Assembly (NCBI GenBank): GCA_051530055.1
Contig: CM121342.1
Coordinates: forward strand, 1,770,797-1,834,796
DNA from: Neoechinorhynchus agilis
Lineage: Eukaryota > Animalia > Acanthocephala
DNA length: 64,000 bases
Reading direction: 5' to 3'
Shown here piece after piece: positions 51,529 to 64,000 of the stretch. Every line of letters begins with the position of its first letter. The stretch's first letter is position 1. The notes under the pieces are model-generated. The model did no database searches. It had not been told where the DNA came from and saw only the letters and a program-made list of their open reading frames with translations. Position numbers and translations under genes: made by a program.

Positions 51529-52599
51529 ATGCAGGCAGCAGAGTGTCGTTTGAGGCTATGTTCTTTTAATATCCTCGCTCAAGATTTGCTAGAAGAGCAT
51601 CGAACTATTTATCATGGAATAGATGAACATTTTTTAAAATGGGAGAATCGGTGTCCACTGATTTTGACGGCATTATCATCCGGAGAATGTCATATCTTAT
51701 GCCTGCAAGAAGTGCAAGTCGATCATTATTGCCAAATTCACGATTACCTTACTAAATTCGGATTTGAAGGATATTTTACAAAAAGAGACGATCCCAAGAC
51801 TGATGGATGCGCTACTTTTTATCAAACTAACACGTTTAGTCGAATCACAAACATTGACGTTAATCTTCAAAGGGGACTCACATTAAGTCATCCAAACGTA
51901 GCACAAATCACAATTCTTCAACATAATGCTATTAAAGATTTTCAATTGTGCGTTTGCAACGTTCACATTTGTTTTAATCCTCGACGAGGGGACGTGAAAT
52001 TAGCACAAATTGTTCTGGTCCTCAGTGAGTTGTACAAGTATACCAGGCACCACGACGGTCATTGTGTACCGATTATTTTAGCCGGTGACTTTAATGTCAC
52101 CTCAAACTCTCCGATTTGGAAGTTTATCAGCGGTGAAGAAATCTCAGTGACCAATTGTAGCCGCAATAGTCTTGCTATGAACGATTTATGCAACATTCCG
52201 GGCATCTTTCTACCCATGCCTCGGCCACTGCTGCCCGACGAGTTGAGGATCAATAAAAAATGTCAACATGATAATGACAAACAAACAATTTCGAACTCGT
52301 GTGTTATCGATGCGTTCAAACACGAATTAAATCTTAATCCAGTATATCCTGGAGATACGACTCTCTACGGCATATACCAATGGCCTAATGTGTATGGTGA
52401 TTTATATGTAGAAGTCGATCATGTATTCTACTCAAACGGCACCGTGTTCGGCCTTAATCCAGTTCTTTGTACTCTGTTTCATTACCCAGGTTTTGCTGTA
52501 CCCAATGGACGAATACCAGCACAACATAATGGAAGCGATCATTATCCATTGTATGTTGAGTTTGTTGCGTACACTATCAAAAGTGGCATTGTTGGATAG
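51529..52599 (+). CDS. ANGEL: Protein angel homolog (EEP/CCR4 family); upstream exon possible
   Basis: SFNILAQDLL, ILCLQEVQ, DGCATFY, VCNVHICFNPRRGDVKLAQ, ILAGDFN, VDHVFY and GSDHYPL. Confidence 0.92.
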   Translation: MQAAECRLRLCSFNILAQDLLEEHRTIYHGIDEHFLKWENRCPLILTALSSGECHILCLQEVQVDHYCQIHDYLTKFGFEGYFTKRDDPKTDGCATFYQTNTFSRITNIDVNLQRGLTLSHPNVAQITILQHNAIKDFQLCVCNVHICFNPRRGDVKLAQIVLVLSELYKYTRHHDGHCVPIILAGDFNVTSNSPIWKFISGEEISVTNCSRNSLAMNDLCNIPGIFLPMPRPLLPDELRINKKCQHDNDKQTISNSCVIDAFKHELNLNPVYPGDTTLYGIYQWPNVYGDLYVEVDHVFYSNGTVFGLNPVLCTLFHYPGFAVPNGRIPAQHNGSDHYPLYVEFVAYTIKSGIVG

Positions 52600-53420
52600 A
52601 CATTTTGATAAAGAGTGAGTGCAGTGACGCATATTAAAAGTGTAGGTCTTTAGAGTAGTTCATAAACATGCTAAAGAAATCCCTTTCACGGTCATAAAAA
52701 CAGTCAAAAAGTAATAGTAAACCAAAAATTGAGGTCTTACTGCCGATTTGTGTCGTTTTTCCCAAATTTAATATGGACTGTATAGTATGGACAATTTGGT
52801 TGAGTTTTTCACGCTAAAAATTATTTCAGCATACGATTACACACTTATCCGGTCAAATCACAATTTTGGTTTATTTTTATCAAGAAAAATGAGATGACAC
52901 TTTGAGGGTTAAGTCACTCTTATTAGCATCCGAAAATCAATACTTTGATTAGACACTCGTTTAAAAGGTATTGAACATGTCAGCTTCCATAATGCACTGG
53001 GGACGACTGCATACCTATAAGCTGTTACAAAGTGTGACAGGTAGAACAGAGTCAGACGTTGTCTATCTTTTGTTAGCGATTCTTAGAATTTACACGAGAC
53101 GGAGTTAAAAGTTGTATTTAAATCATAACTTTAAATTTTAAATTTGTAATAAAAGATGCCTCTCTAAACTTTTTTACTGGTTCAACGTAATGTCCAATTC
53201 GTGCAAAAATGGTTGACTTATGCGGAACCTTTGAAATATTTTTGTACGAAATAATTACACAAAAATTGATTCTGTAGGACCATTTAAAATTATTGAAGTT
53301 AATTTTAAATAGTCTTAAAGTATTCTTGAGGTTTATGAGTTAATAAATTTGTTGTAATCAGAATTTATGCAACTTTGCAAACAAAATTGAATGTTTGAAG
53401 GTATATTTATAATTTTAAAA

Positions 53421-53601
53421 GTGTTTGTTTATCGCGTAAAAAATTAAAAGAATTTATTAGATCCGGTATTTCAGCACAATCTTGTGCCTTTATCATAAGT
53501 TTGTTGCTTAACAAACTTGCGAAACAATCTTGATAGAGGCACAAGATTGTGCTGAATTATCGGATCTAATAAATTCTTTTAATTTTTTGCCTTAAACAAA
53601 C
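53421..53601. repeat. Long near-perfect inverted repeat (fold-back)
   Basis: Arms 53438-53495 and 53531-53588 match at 55/58 positions; an outer 11-bp extension and an inner AAGTTTGTT/AACAAACTT stem are also present. Confidence 0.95.
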
Positions 53602-53701
53602 ATGAATAGTTCAATCTTCAAGCAATTTCAAATGTGGTGATATGTGAGGCACCGGCGTGTATGATTAGAAGTGTTATTGAGGTCTTCACCTCGTAAAGAA
53701 T

Positions 53702-53780
53702 TTTTTTATTGAAGATGAGCCCGACGAGGTTCGAAACGTTTTCAATAAAAATATCATTTAGCGGGTGAAAACCTAAACGA
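53702..53780 (+). repeat. Third copy of the Penelope pLTR-like hammerhead unit
   Basis: TTGAAGA-T-GAGCC-cgacga-GGTTC-GAAACGTT, followed by the AATAAA...CATTTA.CGGGTG.A.ACCTAAA tail shared with 4141-4318. Confidence 0.75.
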
Positions 53781-54795
53781 CGTTTCTAATTTTAGAGGTA
53801 TTTTGAGAATTTCACACTTATGGAAAATCTGCATAAATGTAAGATATTCTAACGATAATCAATTTGTAAGATTACCCGACGAAAAAGGATCAATATTTGA
53901 ACTGTAATCGGCCCTAACGAAAGTTTGTCAAAAGTATAAACAAAACATTTCTTGTGCAGATGAAGATTAAGGAAACTAGGAATCATTGTACGCAAATCTT
54001 TAAAAGTGGTTGAATTTTTAAAAGATGACGTTAATAAAAAGGCAACTTACCAGGCGAGTCTTTATGGTTTGCACGCCTTCTCGCATATTCAATGCCTTTC
54101 ATCGGTGTAGATTATTGAATTGTGAAAATGGGGTTCTAGATTCGTAAGGTGGGGCAGCGGGAACCCCGCTTTTGACCCCAAGAAGTGTAAATGTATATGA
54201 ATTAAGCAATAAAAAGGCTTTTGCAGACTCACAGATTTCGTAAATATATTTTAACTAAAAGCACTGAACTGCTTTTCGTAAGTTAAAATCCTTCGAAAGT
54301 TTAGAACGACTCACTTTAAACTCACTATTTCGTTCTTGCTCCCTACAGCAAGTCTGTTTCCGCTAATTGGTTTCCCTAGAGACTTTTAGATCTCAAAAAA
54401 GTATAATCGTCATTCTCGCACCGGAATGATATAAACTACAAGACTATACATGAGAAACCAATAAGGATGGTTTTTGTTAGCTTTCACGTTGAAAGTAATA
54501 TGAGTGTGTGAATGTGGCGATTGCCGTAACTTCTCATGCTGATTAGTGCTCGGTATTTAAAGTCAATTTCTGTTCGTGGTTTACTTGTCAAGCAAAGACA
54601 TCACGAACTAAGGTTTTTTCAGCATGTCTTGTTTAATTTTTGAAAAAGGCGGAGACCGAGTTATGTACGTGGAAAGGAAAGCGAGCAAAAAATAGAGACG
54701 TGAGTAAGAGTAACAATATGGTTTCGTTCTGTTTTAGTGAAGCCTTCTGAATTTAAGGAGTGATAGAAATCGATAAGTGAGCACAGATTGCACAA

Positions 54796-56489
54796 ATGAA
54801 TTCAACGAATAGTTCATCGGCGGCGCCTGAGCTCCAATTCACTAAATATCGGGATGAGCAGAAGTTCCTTCAATCTCTACTCCGCACCATGTCATTATCG
54901 ATCGATTCCGCAGTTAAAAGCAGAGAAGAAGAGGGTATGTTTTCTGCCTTAGAATCATGTTTTGAGTTCGTTTTTCTTGTTTGAAAAAGTAAAAGAAAAG
55001 ATAGAGCCGTCGAGGATAGTAGTTCCAGTAGAGCCGAAAAGACCCAATCCGACGCAGATTAGCAATAAACCAGTGAATACTCTGACTGTGATGGCTAAGC
55101 TCTGCAATCGATTCACAGAGGAAGCTTATAAGATCATGTCAAAGTGGGAAGGCAACTCAGTTGTTATGAAAGAGTTCTTATGGTCTAAAAAGGTTAACGA
55201 GTACATTCTCGGTAAGTCTGAGAGCGGAAAAGGAAAGTGTTATTCACCTTTTGCTCCGCCCACCACATCAACTCACATGTAAACAAAAATATCACTAAGA
55301 ATCTAACCGTAACGTCTCGCTCTGGTGAATTGTGTGTGCGCGCGCTATATTCTGATATGAACTTTAAAAAAAGAGTCATCGGCATCGAATCTCTCGCTCT
55401 ATTGTGCCACCTGAGAATGTCTTATTCGCTCTTAAATTTGAATCACTCAAACCACTCTGCCTCATTCAAACATAACAAGAAGAACCTTTTATACAAGACC
55501 CCAGCAAGTGCACCTCTCCTAGCGAAATGCCGATCAAATCGAAAAAATACGAGCGAGCAGAATCTATCCATGTTAAACGTTCAATCAAGCGTAAAATGAA
55601 AGATTCGGCCAAAAAGAAGGCACTGAAGATACTAGAAGCTAAAACTAATCGAGATACGAACTTAGAATTCCGTGGTAGTTCTGAGCTGTCGAGCAGTTCA
55701 TCAATACCATATCAACTACAAGAAATATCATCCTTAGATCATACCCCAAAGCAGACATTATACCAGGCTCCAGCTAAAGCTCCTGTCCAGGAAATTCCGA
55801 TTCAGCCTCCACTTCCTACTCCAGCCCACACAAAATACGGAACCCCGCCTCCACCTCCACCCGAGATTCAACTGAAAGACCAAAAGACAAAAGGGATAAT
55901 CGCAGGATCATCGGTACAAGCGGCCAATAAACTCTTCTCTCAAATAAATTCAAAGCGACACGTGGCTAAGTCGTATTTATCCAAATTAGAAGACCTTAAA
56001 CCAAAGAAATATTACCAGGAGGAGATAGAAGAAGAGCCTGTGGAAAGGGAAAGGCACGAATTGGGCCACGGCAAGTTACACCGTGTTGCTCTTTCCGTAC
56101 TCAAAATTGGAGGATCATCCATGAAAGTGGTGAAAGGTCATGATGGCAAACGCGAAAAAAGTCGCAGTGGCTATTCACTGCGAGATACTGTCCATCAAGC
56201 GATGAGTGGAGCGAGAGGAGCAGCTAAGGTGAGCAGGCAAACAATGTTCTTGATCAAGGCGGCGATGTATACTGCAAAAGTAGGCAGAGATATAAAATCC
56301 ATTTCGAAGCGGGTGCTTCATGTGTGTACATCGGTGGCATCGTTGACAAAACGAGCTTCGGTCGAAATATTTAAATCGTTTTTTAAGGCTCCAGTGGTTT
56401 TACGAAAACGTGGACTGTTTGAGTTCTTAATCAGAGCGGTTACTAAACCGGCACGAATCGTATTCAGAATAGCTGAAAATGAACAGTGA
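54796..56489 (+). CDS. Uncharacterised basic, Pro-rich protein; probably one 3-exon gene
   Basis: ATG 54796 and intron 54936-54990 join in frame. A strong GTAAGT donor at 55212 can splice in phase at about 55479 into the 55527-56489 ORF; two separate genes is the alternative. Confidence 0.5.
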
Positions 56490-57149
56490 ACGTATTCAAT
56501 AACTTACACAAACAGAGTGGTTTGAGTGACGAAGTTTCGCGGCTAATAAATACACGATTTTGATGTGAGTTAGAAGTACTCCGGCACACTTCATAGCCTA
56601 ACAAACTGAATGACTCACCTTGGGCTATGTTTCTCCATTGAAATATGTCACCTCCTAACTACTAATGTGCGTTTCGTTGGTCCACCACACTTTGGTCCCT
56701 TTTCACTCTAAATATTTGACAATGGAAACCACTTTTGATCAAAGAATTCCTCTTCCTTTGTTCTTATCGTGATGTTGCTCATTCGGCTGAAAAACTATCA
56801 ATCCGTAATGACTGACAAATAAGTCTCTTAAGCCTGTTGACATCGTGGGCTTGACACGCTAGGATGTGGGACATGCATTATTCCTACGCTTTCATGGATT
56901 GATTGCATTAAAATGGAGTGTTAAGTGGTGTTTGATCCCCACAATAAGTTGGTTTTGAGTGGTATATTCTTCTACTTTTGCAGTTTTCGTGTCAAGATTG
57001 CCACTTAAAAATAAGCGCTCTTAAATCCTTATACACCATAAGCGGATTTCTTCACCAATAAGGACGCTATCTGTTTGGCATACCGAGCTGAAATCGATAC
57101 TTGCCAAATGCATCATTGCGCCATCTCCTCCCCCACAACACCCCTTCTT

Positions 57150-57770
57150 ATTTTCTAAGCTATCTGCGAGATATACACAATATCAAGACGGATCAAGGCA
57201 AGTTATGAGCGGAAGCGAATAGGTACGTTTCTCAATATTAGAAATGGCAATGTCTCTATTTAAATCGAGAAAAATCTTTTTTAAAGACATTTGCGAACCT
57301 CCGTTGTTAATAGCCTGTTTTGATGGCATAGAAGTGCCGTTGTTCTATACAATTGTGTTGCTTCATTGGTGCAGACACGTCTGATGTCTTTTCCCGTCGT
57401 ATGAAAATTGGGAGATATAAACAGAATCGTGTTCTAACGAGTTCTTCGGAATATTGAAAGCTGTAAAACTCTTTAAAGGCGAAGGATTCCATAGTTGATG
57501 GATATACAGAAAGTTTGACCCTGTTGTATACGCCACTTTATCTTTTAGAAAACGACAATGAAACCGAGACTGAAGCTGCCCTCATCAAACTTTATTTGGA
57601 CAATGCTTATATTTGCTGGTGTGGACTGTGTCAAATTCTGGAAGGCAGGGCACCCTATTTAAAGGTAAACATAACCTCCGTAAAATTTAAGAGCTTTAAA
57701 CTGCGCTGTATTTCATTAATGTTTACGTGAGTTTGTCTGCAGAAATGTGGAGTGCCACACGAATAAACAA
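57150..57770 (+). CDS. Possible small multi-exon gene, unidentified
   Basis: Short open segments bounded by plausible splice sites (ICEIYTISRRIKASYERKRI; ENDNETETEAALIKLYLDNAYICWCGLCQILEGRAPYLK|GTAAAC). Start not found. Confidence 0.25.
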
Positions 57771-59387
57771 CCAAGAACGCCTAGGTGATTCGTCTGCTTC
57801 GTATGGCTCATCAGACGACTGATGGGAACAATATTGATGCGACTGTATGTTCCGCGTTCTTCATCTATTGCGAAACGACACATCCTCCCGAAACTATGTG
57901 CTCACCATTGTACTTATGACTTGACGTATCAAATCAAGTCGAGACGCACAAAACATCTAATTTAGAAAGCTTGTCCTCATGTGACTTATTCTGTCTCTCC
58001 CAATATTTTTAAAAGACGACCTTTGTCGTTTTTTCATTCTAACACGTCTAGATCCGGACGACATATCAAGTAGAGAGTTTTTATTTTTCATTAAAGAAAG
58101 GGGTGATCATCTAGAGTTCTCATTAATTTTATTCGTTCCCTAAGAGCGAATTAAATTAATGATAAAGTTCCACAGACATGAAATGCTTCCCGTCGCGACA
58201 TTTTCGTCTTGAGGTTTCGCACTTTTATTACTCTAGATTTGAAATACGCTATTTTTTGCCAACCATTAGCCAGATGAACCTATTACATCGATAAGTTTTG
58301 CTTTCTTTGTGGTCATGCTTGTAAATTGCTTCTGTTACGAACATTCTGACTATACTAAAAACTCGTTGTTATTTTACGAAGAAAGATTTTCATATTCTTA
58401 CAAATTGTATTAGTGGCATTTTAAGATGCCGACGTAAATGTGGAAAATTGATTAAAAATCCGAGAACCTATTTTTACGCCCTGCCCTTTAACGTTTTCAA
58501 GAATTTTCCAAAGGTAATTATTTTTGCACCATCATTTGGTCGCAATTTCTTAAGTACCCCAAGTGTAATGCATGCTTTTAACGCGCAGTTGATCCCATTG
58601 TTTATATTGATGGTTCTCTCAGCCAAAATAGCAGAAGAACAATTTCGCTGTTTTCGAAATTCTAGCGCTATTACCAAACTTGGCGATGAACCTCTAACGA
58701 ACCTTTTCTTCCTTAAAATAAAATGCCGAAACTTTGCTGCAGCTATAAACTTTTAAACTTTTAGTCCTTTTAGATATATATGTCTATCGCTTCAATGATT
58801 CATACTATTGGTTCTCCTAATGAAATCGCGTAGTGAAAATTACTCGAAGTTCGCTCTTATATCTCGGTTACTTTTTTGGATATACTTTTAGAGTTTATTT
58901 GCTCAAACACTGATTCATCTTGGTGTGAGATTAAGGAAAAGTTATTTCTGACAAATTTGAAATTATTCCTTGTTACGTTCATTTACTTATAAAGAATAAA
59001 ATATAATAGTGTTTAGTTCCACACTTGGTATCCCAAGAATTTTGATCGAACAGCATGTCTCCGTAACTTCCCCAGCATCGATTTACCAATCGCCTGTTTT
59101 CATTTAGGAAACATTTAAACGTATTGATTCAGTTTGCAAACAAATCGAACAGACCGAGTGGAAATCGGGCCAATCAGATAATCTTTTACTGATGTTAGAC
59201 GACAGCGATGAACATGTGCGTTGCTGCCTTTGCGATTGTGTGATGAATTCCGAAGATCAGAGCCCTTACCACATCAGTTGTGGAAAGTTATTTTTAAACG
59301 AGATTAGCCACGAATAACAATTTTATGAGCAAATCCTATCCTTTTTTAACTACACATTAATTACTCATTTATATTTTGTTTCAGATA

Positions 59388-61092
59388 ATGAGCATCTTCA
59401 GAAAATTAGCCGAACCAAATGTGGTCCAAGTTTCTATGGACGTTGGGAACCTGGCAAAGAAGACCCTGCTAGTTGCGGGTGTTTCGGCGGGTATCGCTAC
59501 GGCCTATTATATGGGCAAACGTAGAGGCGAAGGTGAAGCAATTACTCCTCCACGGACAACCTTGACCGCCGAAGTAGAAAGCTTGTTAGAGCGATTTTCC
59601 TTAGATGAAGATACATTAAGGATTATAATGTCATTACTCGAAGACGAGATGGAAAAGGGGCTTGATCCGAAAACACACGATTTGTCTGACTTGAAAATGA
59701 TTCATTCGTTTGTGAGAAATCTTCCAGACGGGACTGAACGAGGACGAGTGTTAGCACTTGATTTGGGTGGAACTAATTTCAGAATTCTTGAAGTGAACTT
59801 GATCGATAGTGATCACGTTGATATAAATCCAAAAATTTTCATGATACCTCAAAGGTATTTGAATAGCGAAGGAACTGAGGTATGTTTCTTTGTGAATAAT
59901 TTGTATTTTTCGAATTTACAATCGTTAGCTATTCGACTATTTGGCTAGTTCATTAGCCAATTTCATGAAGACGCGGAAGCTGTCCGGTGTACAAGGACCT
60001 CCGATACCATGCGGATTTACGTTTAGTTTTCCATGTGACCAGAAGAGTCTTGATTCAGCAGAATTGATTTCATGGACCAAAGGATTTACGTGTGATGGTG
60101 TAGTTGGCGAAGATGTGGTTCGAATGATGCAAGAAGCAATCGATCGAAGAGGCGATATAAGAGTTAAGATCATGGCTTTGATCAATGACACGGTTGGAAC
60201 TTTAATGACATGCGCCCACCGCGATTCCAATTGTTCAATTGGAGTAATATTCGGAACTGGTACTAATGCATGTTACGTAGAAAATCTTGAAAAGGTAAAA
60301 AGATGGGAAGATCCAGGTCCTGGATCGAATCAAGTAATAATCAACATGGAATGGGGGGCATTTGGAGACGGTGGTTGCCTCGACTTTATCCGAACAAATT
60401 ATGACAAAACGCTCGACGAAAATTCTGTTAATCCAGGTAAACAGAAATTCGAGAAAATGATTTCGGGTATGTATATGGGTCAGCTAGCACGAACGATTAT
60501 GTTCGATTTCATCGACAAACGAATAATGTTTCCGGGATTGTTGTCAAAACACCAGGAAGAGATCGGGAGTGCGAAGCTCACAGCGAGCCACCTTTCTTTT
60601 CAATCAAAAGAAGTATCGGATATTGAAACCGATCAAGGTCTCAAATTTAACAGAGCAAAGGAATTTCTAGAAGAGAATGGATTTGAGCCAGATTATAACG
60701 ACTGCCACGTTCTACAAAGGATATGCGAGTTAGTTTCTGAACGCGCGGCTACGTTGGCAGCAGCAGCGATCGCTGTTTTGATTAATAGAATCGGAAAACC
60801 AAATGTTACAGTGGGCATTGACGGCTCATTGTTTCGGCATCATCCAAATTTTAAACCGCGGATGGACGCAATGCTGTCTACTCTCGTAAACCGTGGAATC
60901 AACTATAGATTAATGTTGAGTGAAGACGGAAGTGGAAAGGGAGCCGCTCTAGTTGCTGCAGTTGCTAATAGATTGACGGGTGCAGGTGATAGTAAGCATG
61001 ATAGTCATTTATCAATAAGGTCCGAAACATGGCCAGAGTTCCATCGAGATGCAGCAAATGGACATGACGAATTCAATTTTCACACCGAATGA
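59388..61092 (+). CDS. HK: Hexokinase (single-domain type), 2 coding exons
   Basis: LALDLGGTNFR, GFTFSFPC, WTKGF, INDTVGT, IFGTGTNACY, INMEWGAFG, EKMISGMYMG, GIDGSLF and SEDGSGKGAAL. Intron about 59880-59933. Confidence 0.97.
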
Positions 61093-61529
61093 GAGCAAAT
61101 AAAAGAGCGATTACATCTTTGTGTGTCGAGTAAATTAGACTTGTAAATTTCGCATGAGCAGGTCAGGGTTTTTCATTTATTCGCATTCTTTGGCGAAGAA
61201 AGTGTGGCTAAGAGCAATCTTCATGCGTATACGCGTTGAATGCATATTGGCCACTTAAAACAGTCGGCGTACTAAATGGCACAAACGGTGCTTATTTACC
61301 AGGTTGTCCATTGATCTTTCATAGGATTTGATTTTCTTCGAAACACAAATGTGACCTCTCAAGTATTCAGCGATTTTCTTTTACTATTCTCTAACAAATC
61401 AGAAATGGAGGAAATATAAGATGGCGAATCTCATAGTTTTCGTGAGCTGTATCGGCAATCGAACGCAGTCAAAGACAAATATATTTGCTTGAACAATCAT
61501 TGGTTATTTGCTCTTATGAGCGTATTCGC

Positions 61530-61913
61530 CTACGGCTCTGCGTTATCGTCGATTTCTTCGGTGATTTCGGTGTCTTCGTAGGAGAAGCTTACGATTGGTT
61601 CGGAAGCACCAGTACTGGTACCAGTAGACGACAGCTCCTCAATTATTATGTTCTCAACATTGGTCGCTGCGACGACGTAGTTCTGTTCCTCGGCAGCCTT
61701 TACACTTTCGCATTGTTCAGTACAAGGCGAGATACAGAGTTCCCATTTCTCCTTGGTTTGATCGACTGGTTGGGCTGCAATGTAGATCTCATGGCACATT
61801 AGCTGGCATTTCTTATGGCATTCTATCAAAGTGTCCATCGTTGTTGAAGTCGTGCCAGCTGGATTAGTATTGATCGGTGTGACCAATAGAAGCAATGCAA
61901 CCCAAAGAAGCAT
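61530..61913 (-). CDS. Small secreted Cys-rich protein with acidic tail
   Basis: Signal-peptide-like MLLWVALLLLVTPINT, two CxxxCxxxC motifs and an E/D/T/S-rich C-terminus; single exon. Confidence 0.7.
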   Translation of the reverse strand: MLLWVALLLLVTPINTNPAGTTSTTMDTLIECHKKCQLMCHEIYIAAQPVDQTKEKWELCISPCTEQCESVKAAEEQNYVVAATNVENIIIEELSSTGTSTGASEPIVSFSYEDTEITEEIDDNAEP

Positions 61914-62241
61914 GCTCGCTGTTCCTCCACCTCCTGCCGTTGTTACAGATATATGTAGCTGGACTTGGTTAACAAGCTCTCTTTGAAAGACGCTCGAGTG
62001 GCTGCATAATCAGCACCACAACCACCACAGGAGTCTAATCAAAATTCCTTGGCGTAGGAGCAAACACCCCGAACAAATGGGAAAGTGTTTTCCTTTGGCA
62101 GGAAGCTTCTTAGCTGCTCAATAAAATCGTTAATGGCACTACCCATTCACCCCAACGCTACGGCTGAATGTCTGTCTAGCAGATTAACTAAAATTAGTCG
62201 GAAGTGCGCAGCTACTTTATTGATTTATATGGCGCTCATAA

Positions 62242-62826
62242 TCATGAAGGCACGATGATCCGTTCTCGCTCGGGAACGCGGCTCTCCTCAATTTGCGTCC
62301 TCATTACATTGTGAACAGGGACCTCTGGGAACTGCTCACTAAGTAGACATTCAAGCTCTTGCTCAGCCTTATCCTCATCAACGAGAATTCCGCGCCCCAT
62401 CGCATCCCCGATCGCTCTCTGCTCTTCGATCTGCTCATTGACAACAGACATCAATCGACTGATGTCATCCACATTCATTAATGAATTTATCTTCTTTAAA
62501 CATTCTGATCCCAATCGAAGACCTTCGACGACTTCAACTTCAATCTGACCAAACTCAAGATCAACTATCATCTGCTCCACTGCCGTCAAATTACGCTCCA
62601 TTTTATCACTTAGTCCTTCAAGTAGTTTCCGTTTTTTCATTATCGTTAGTGCTCTCTGCTTTTCTCCGTTTCGCAAAAGATAAAGCATTCGAGATCGATC
62701 CACTTCAGTTGATGAATCCAATTGTCGTTGGTATTGCCTCAGTCGGTCGCGTTGGTGTTGAAGTTTGAATATTGCTTTGTCGTGATCAGTAACTCGACTT
62801 CTTTTTTTCCCGAGAAGTGCACCCAT
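62242..62826 (-). CDS. CHMP6: ESCRT-III subunit CHMP6/VPS20
   Basis: MGALLGKKRSRVTDHDKAIFKLQHQRDRLRQYQ, A-x3-KKRK, LEFGQIE..VVEGL..G. Intronless. Confidence 0.93.
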   Translation of the reverse strand: MGALLGKKRSRVTDHDKAIFKLQHQRDRLRQYQRQLDSSTEVDRSRMLYLLRNGEKQRALTIMKKRKLLEGLSDKMERNLTAVEQMIVDLEFGQIEVEVVEGLRLGSECLKKINSLMNVDDISRLMSVVNEQIEEQRAIGDAMGRGILVDEDKAEQELECLLSEQFPEVPVHNVMRTQIEESRVPERERIIVPS

Positions 62827-63032
62827 CTAAAGATTTTTGTTGAAAACTTTTATCCAATCTATGGATTCTAGACAATCGAGATACAGTTCGCACATAGTAA
62901 AAAGGACTACTTCCAAAGTGCTTTTAACGAAGCAAAGTGCAGGTTCTTTGCTGAAATGATTTATTTTATCTCAATTCATTCTAAAAAAATTCTTTTTCTT
63001 AGTTATACCATCACTCTGATTTAAATTCATGC

Positions 63033-63100
63033 CCGACGAAATATCGGGGAAATAAATTAGTGAATTTAAATCTGGGGTGGCAACACTACCAAAAGAAAGT
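63033..63100 (+). repeat. ~65-bp dispersed element, copy 2, upstream of CHMP6
   Basis: Aligns with 39341-39405; contains GTGGCAACAC. Confidence 0.75.
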
Positions 63101-64000
63101 AAAATTCTATATTCAATAACGACGTTTTCTATAGATATTTAAAACTTGAGTAAATCACGACCTTCGCATCACAAAACAGTCACAAAATCAATCATTTTCA
63201 AGGATTGACAGCAAAATGACATCAGGAAGATTGACGTTTGTCAGCAGTGACTTAGGCAAGTGGAGGAGCATTTATCCTCCAATCTAAATATTCTTTTTTA
63301 AAAAAGTATTGATCATACTGGCGATCGAAGTCATTAGCGACACTTCACTCGGCATTGTTCGTGATGAAAAAGTGCATTAAAAAATGACATTTATTCAATT
63401 TACATGATTAGGCTTAACTTGAATGCCGATCAGTAGAAAGTCATAATTTTCAATAAAAAAAGAGTGGCAGATATTTATCACTTCGTGGCCAAATCGATCG
63501 ATTGTGTTCCTCCCCCCCATTTAATAGAAATCACGCATCAATTTTGCCTTTAGGACAATAGGCAAAGTGTTTAATTAATCACTCATTAAAAGTACAGAGA
63601 GGAAATCTCTCGGGATTCCGGCTAAAACGTATTTTATTGAGATGTTTCGAAGCAGGAAGCTTCGACCTCGGACATCAACCAAACAACTATACCTTTTCCA
63701 AACCGATTGCGTGTACTTTTTTTATCCCTAAACTTGCTTGCGCTTTGCGAGCACACTTACGACAATACTCAATGACGTATTCTTATCGACGTTTCTATTC
63801 TTTCTTCTTTATCAAGGGCTAATAAATTTGCATCGTTTTGAAAAATACCATGATTTTAATGAGTAGATCAACGATTTGTTGCAAATGAAGTTTTTTAATG
63901 ACTCGGATTTAAAATTGAATGCCGTGGGATTATTATATCGTATCTGTTACTAAATGGATTCAGATTTGTGTTTTTTATTCCTGTCGAAAAAAAATTGACT

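Noticed and set aside
54150-54180. GC-rich terminator-like hairpin
   Set aside because: Single short copy, no Helitron-type CTRR end, and no context supporting function.
1-64000. tRNA, rRNA, snRNA, CRISPR or telomeric arrays, alternative genetic code
   Set aside because: None recognised by eye; conserved genes translate cleanly in the standard code. A covariance-model scan was not possible.

Overview
AT-rich animal genomic DNA with short spliceosomal introns (mostly about 40-60 nt); the phylum cannot be assigned from this window. Recognisable genes: 3' end of an axonemal dynein heavy chain (DNAH6-like), RALGAPB, a dystroglycan-like gene, UGDH, Shal/Kv4, a stand-alone PAL, GORASP, INTS7, angel, hexokinase and CHMP6. 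There are also several orphan genes and a disrupted midasin fragment. Mobile and repeat DNA: three CRE-clade non-LTR pieces, two decayed Penelope-like elements plus Penelope-type hammerhead motifs, a 190-bp tandem array, and a 315-bp higher-order repeat inside an INTS7 intron. Strongest leads: (1) two different CRE-clade retrotransposons inserted at the equivalent position (after GTGAGT/C) of the 190-bp unit, suggesting a site-specific element and target pair; (2) a RALGAPB intron whose two ends are a 20-bp inverted repeat (introner-like); (3) two unannotated ~160-aa paralogs sharing an HPHPP...KPIPxRGVP motif. All family assignments come from motif recognition by eye; no searches were run, and many exon boundaries are approximate.
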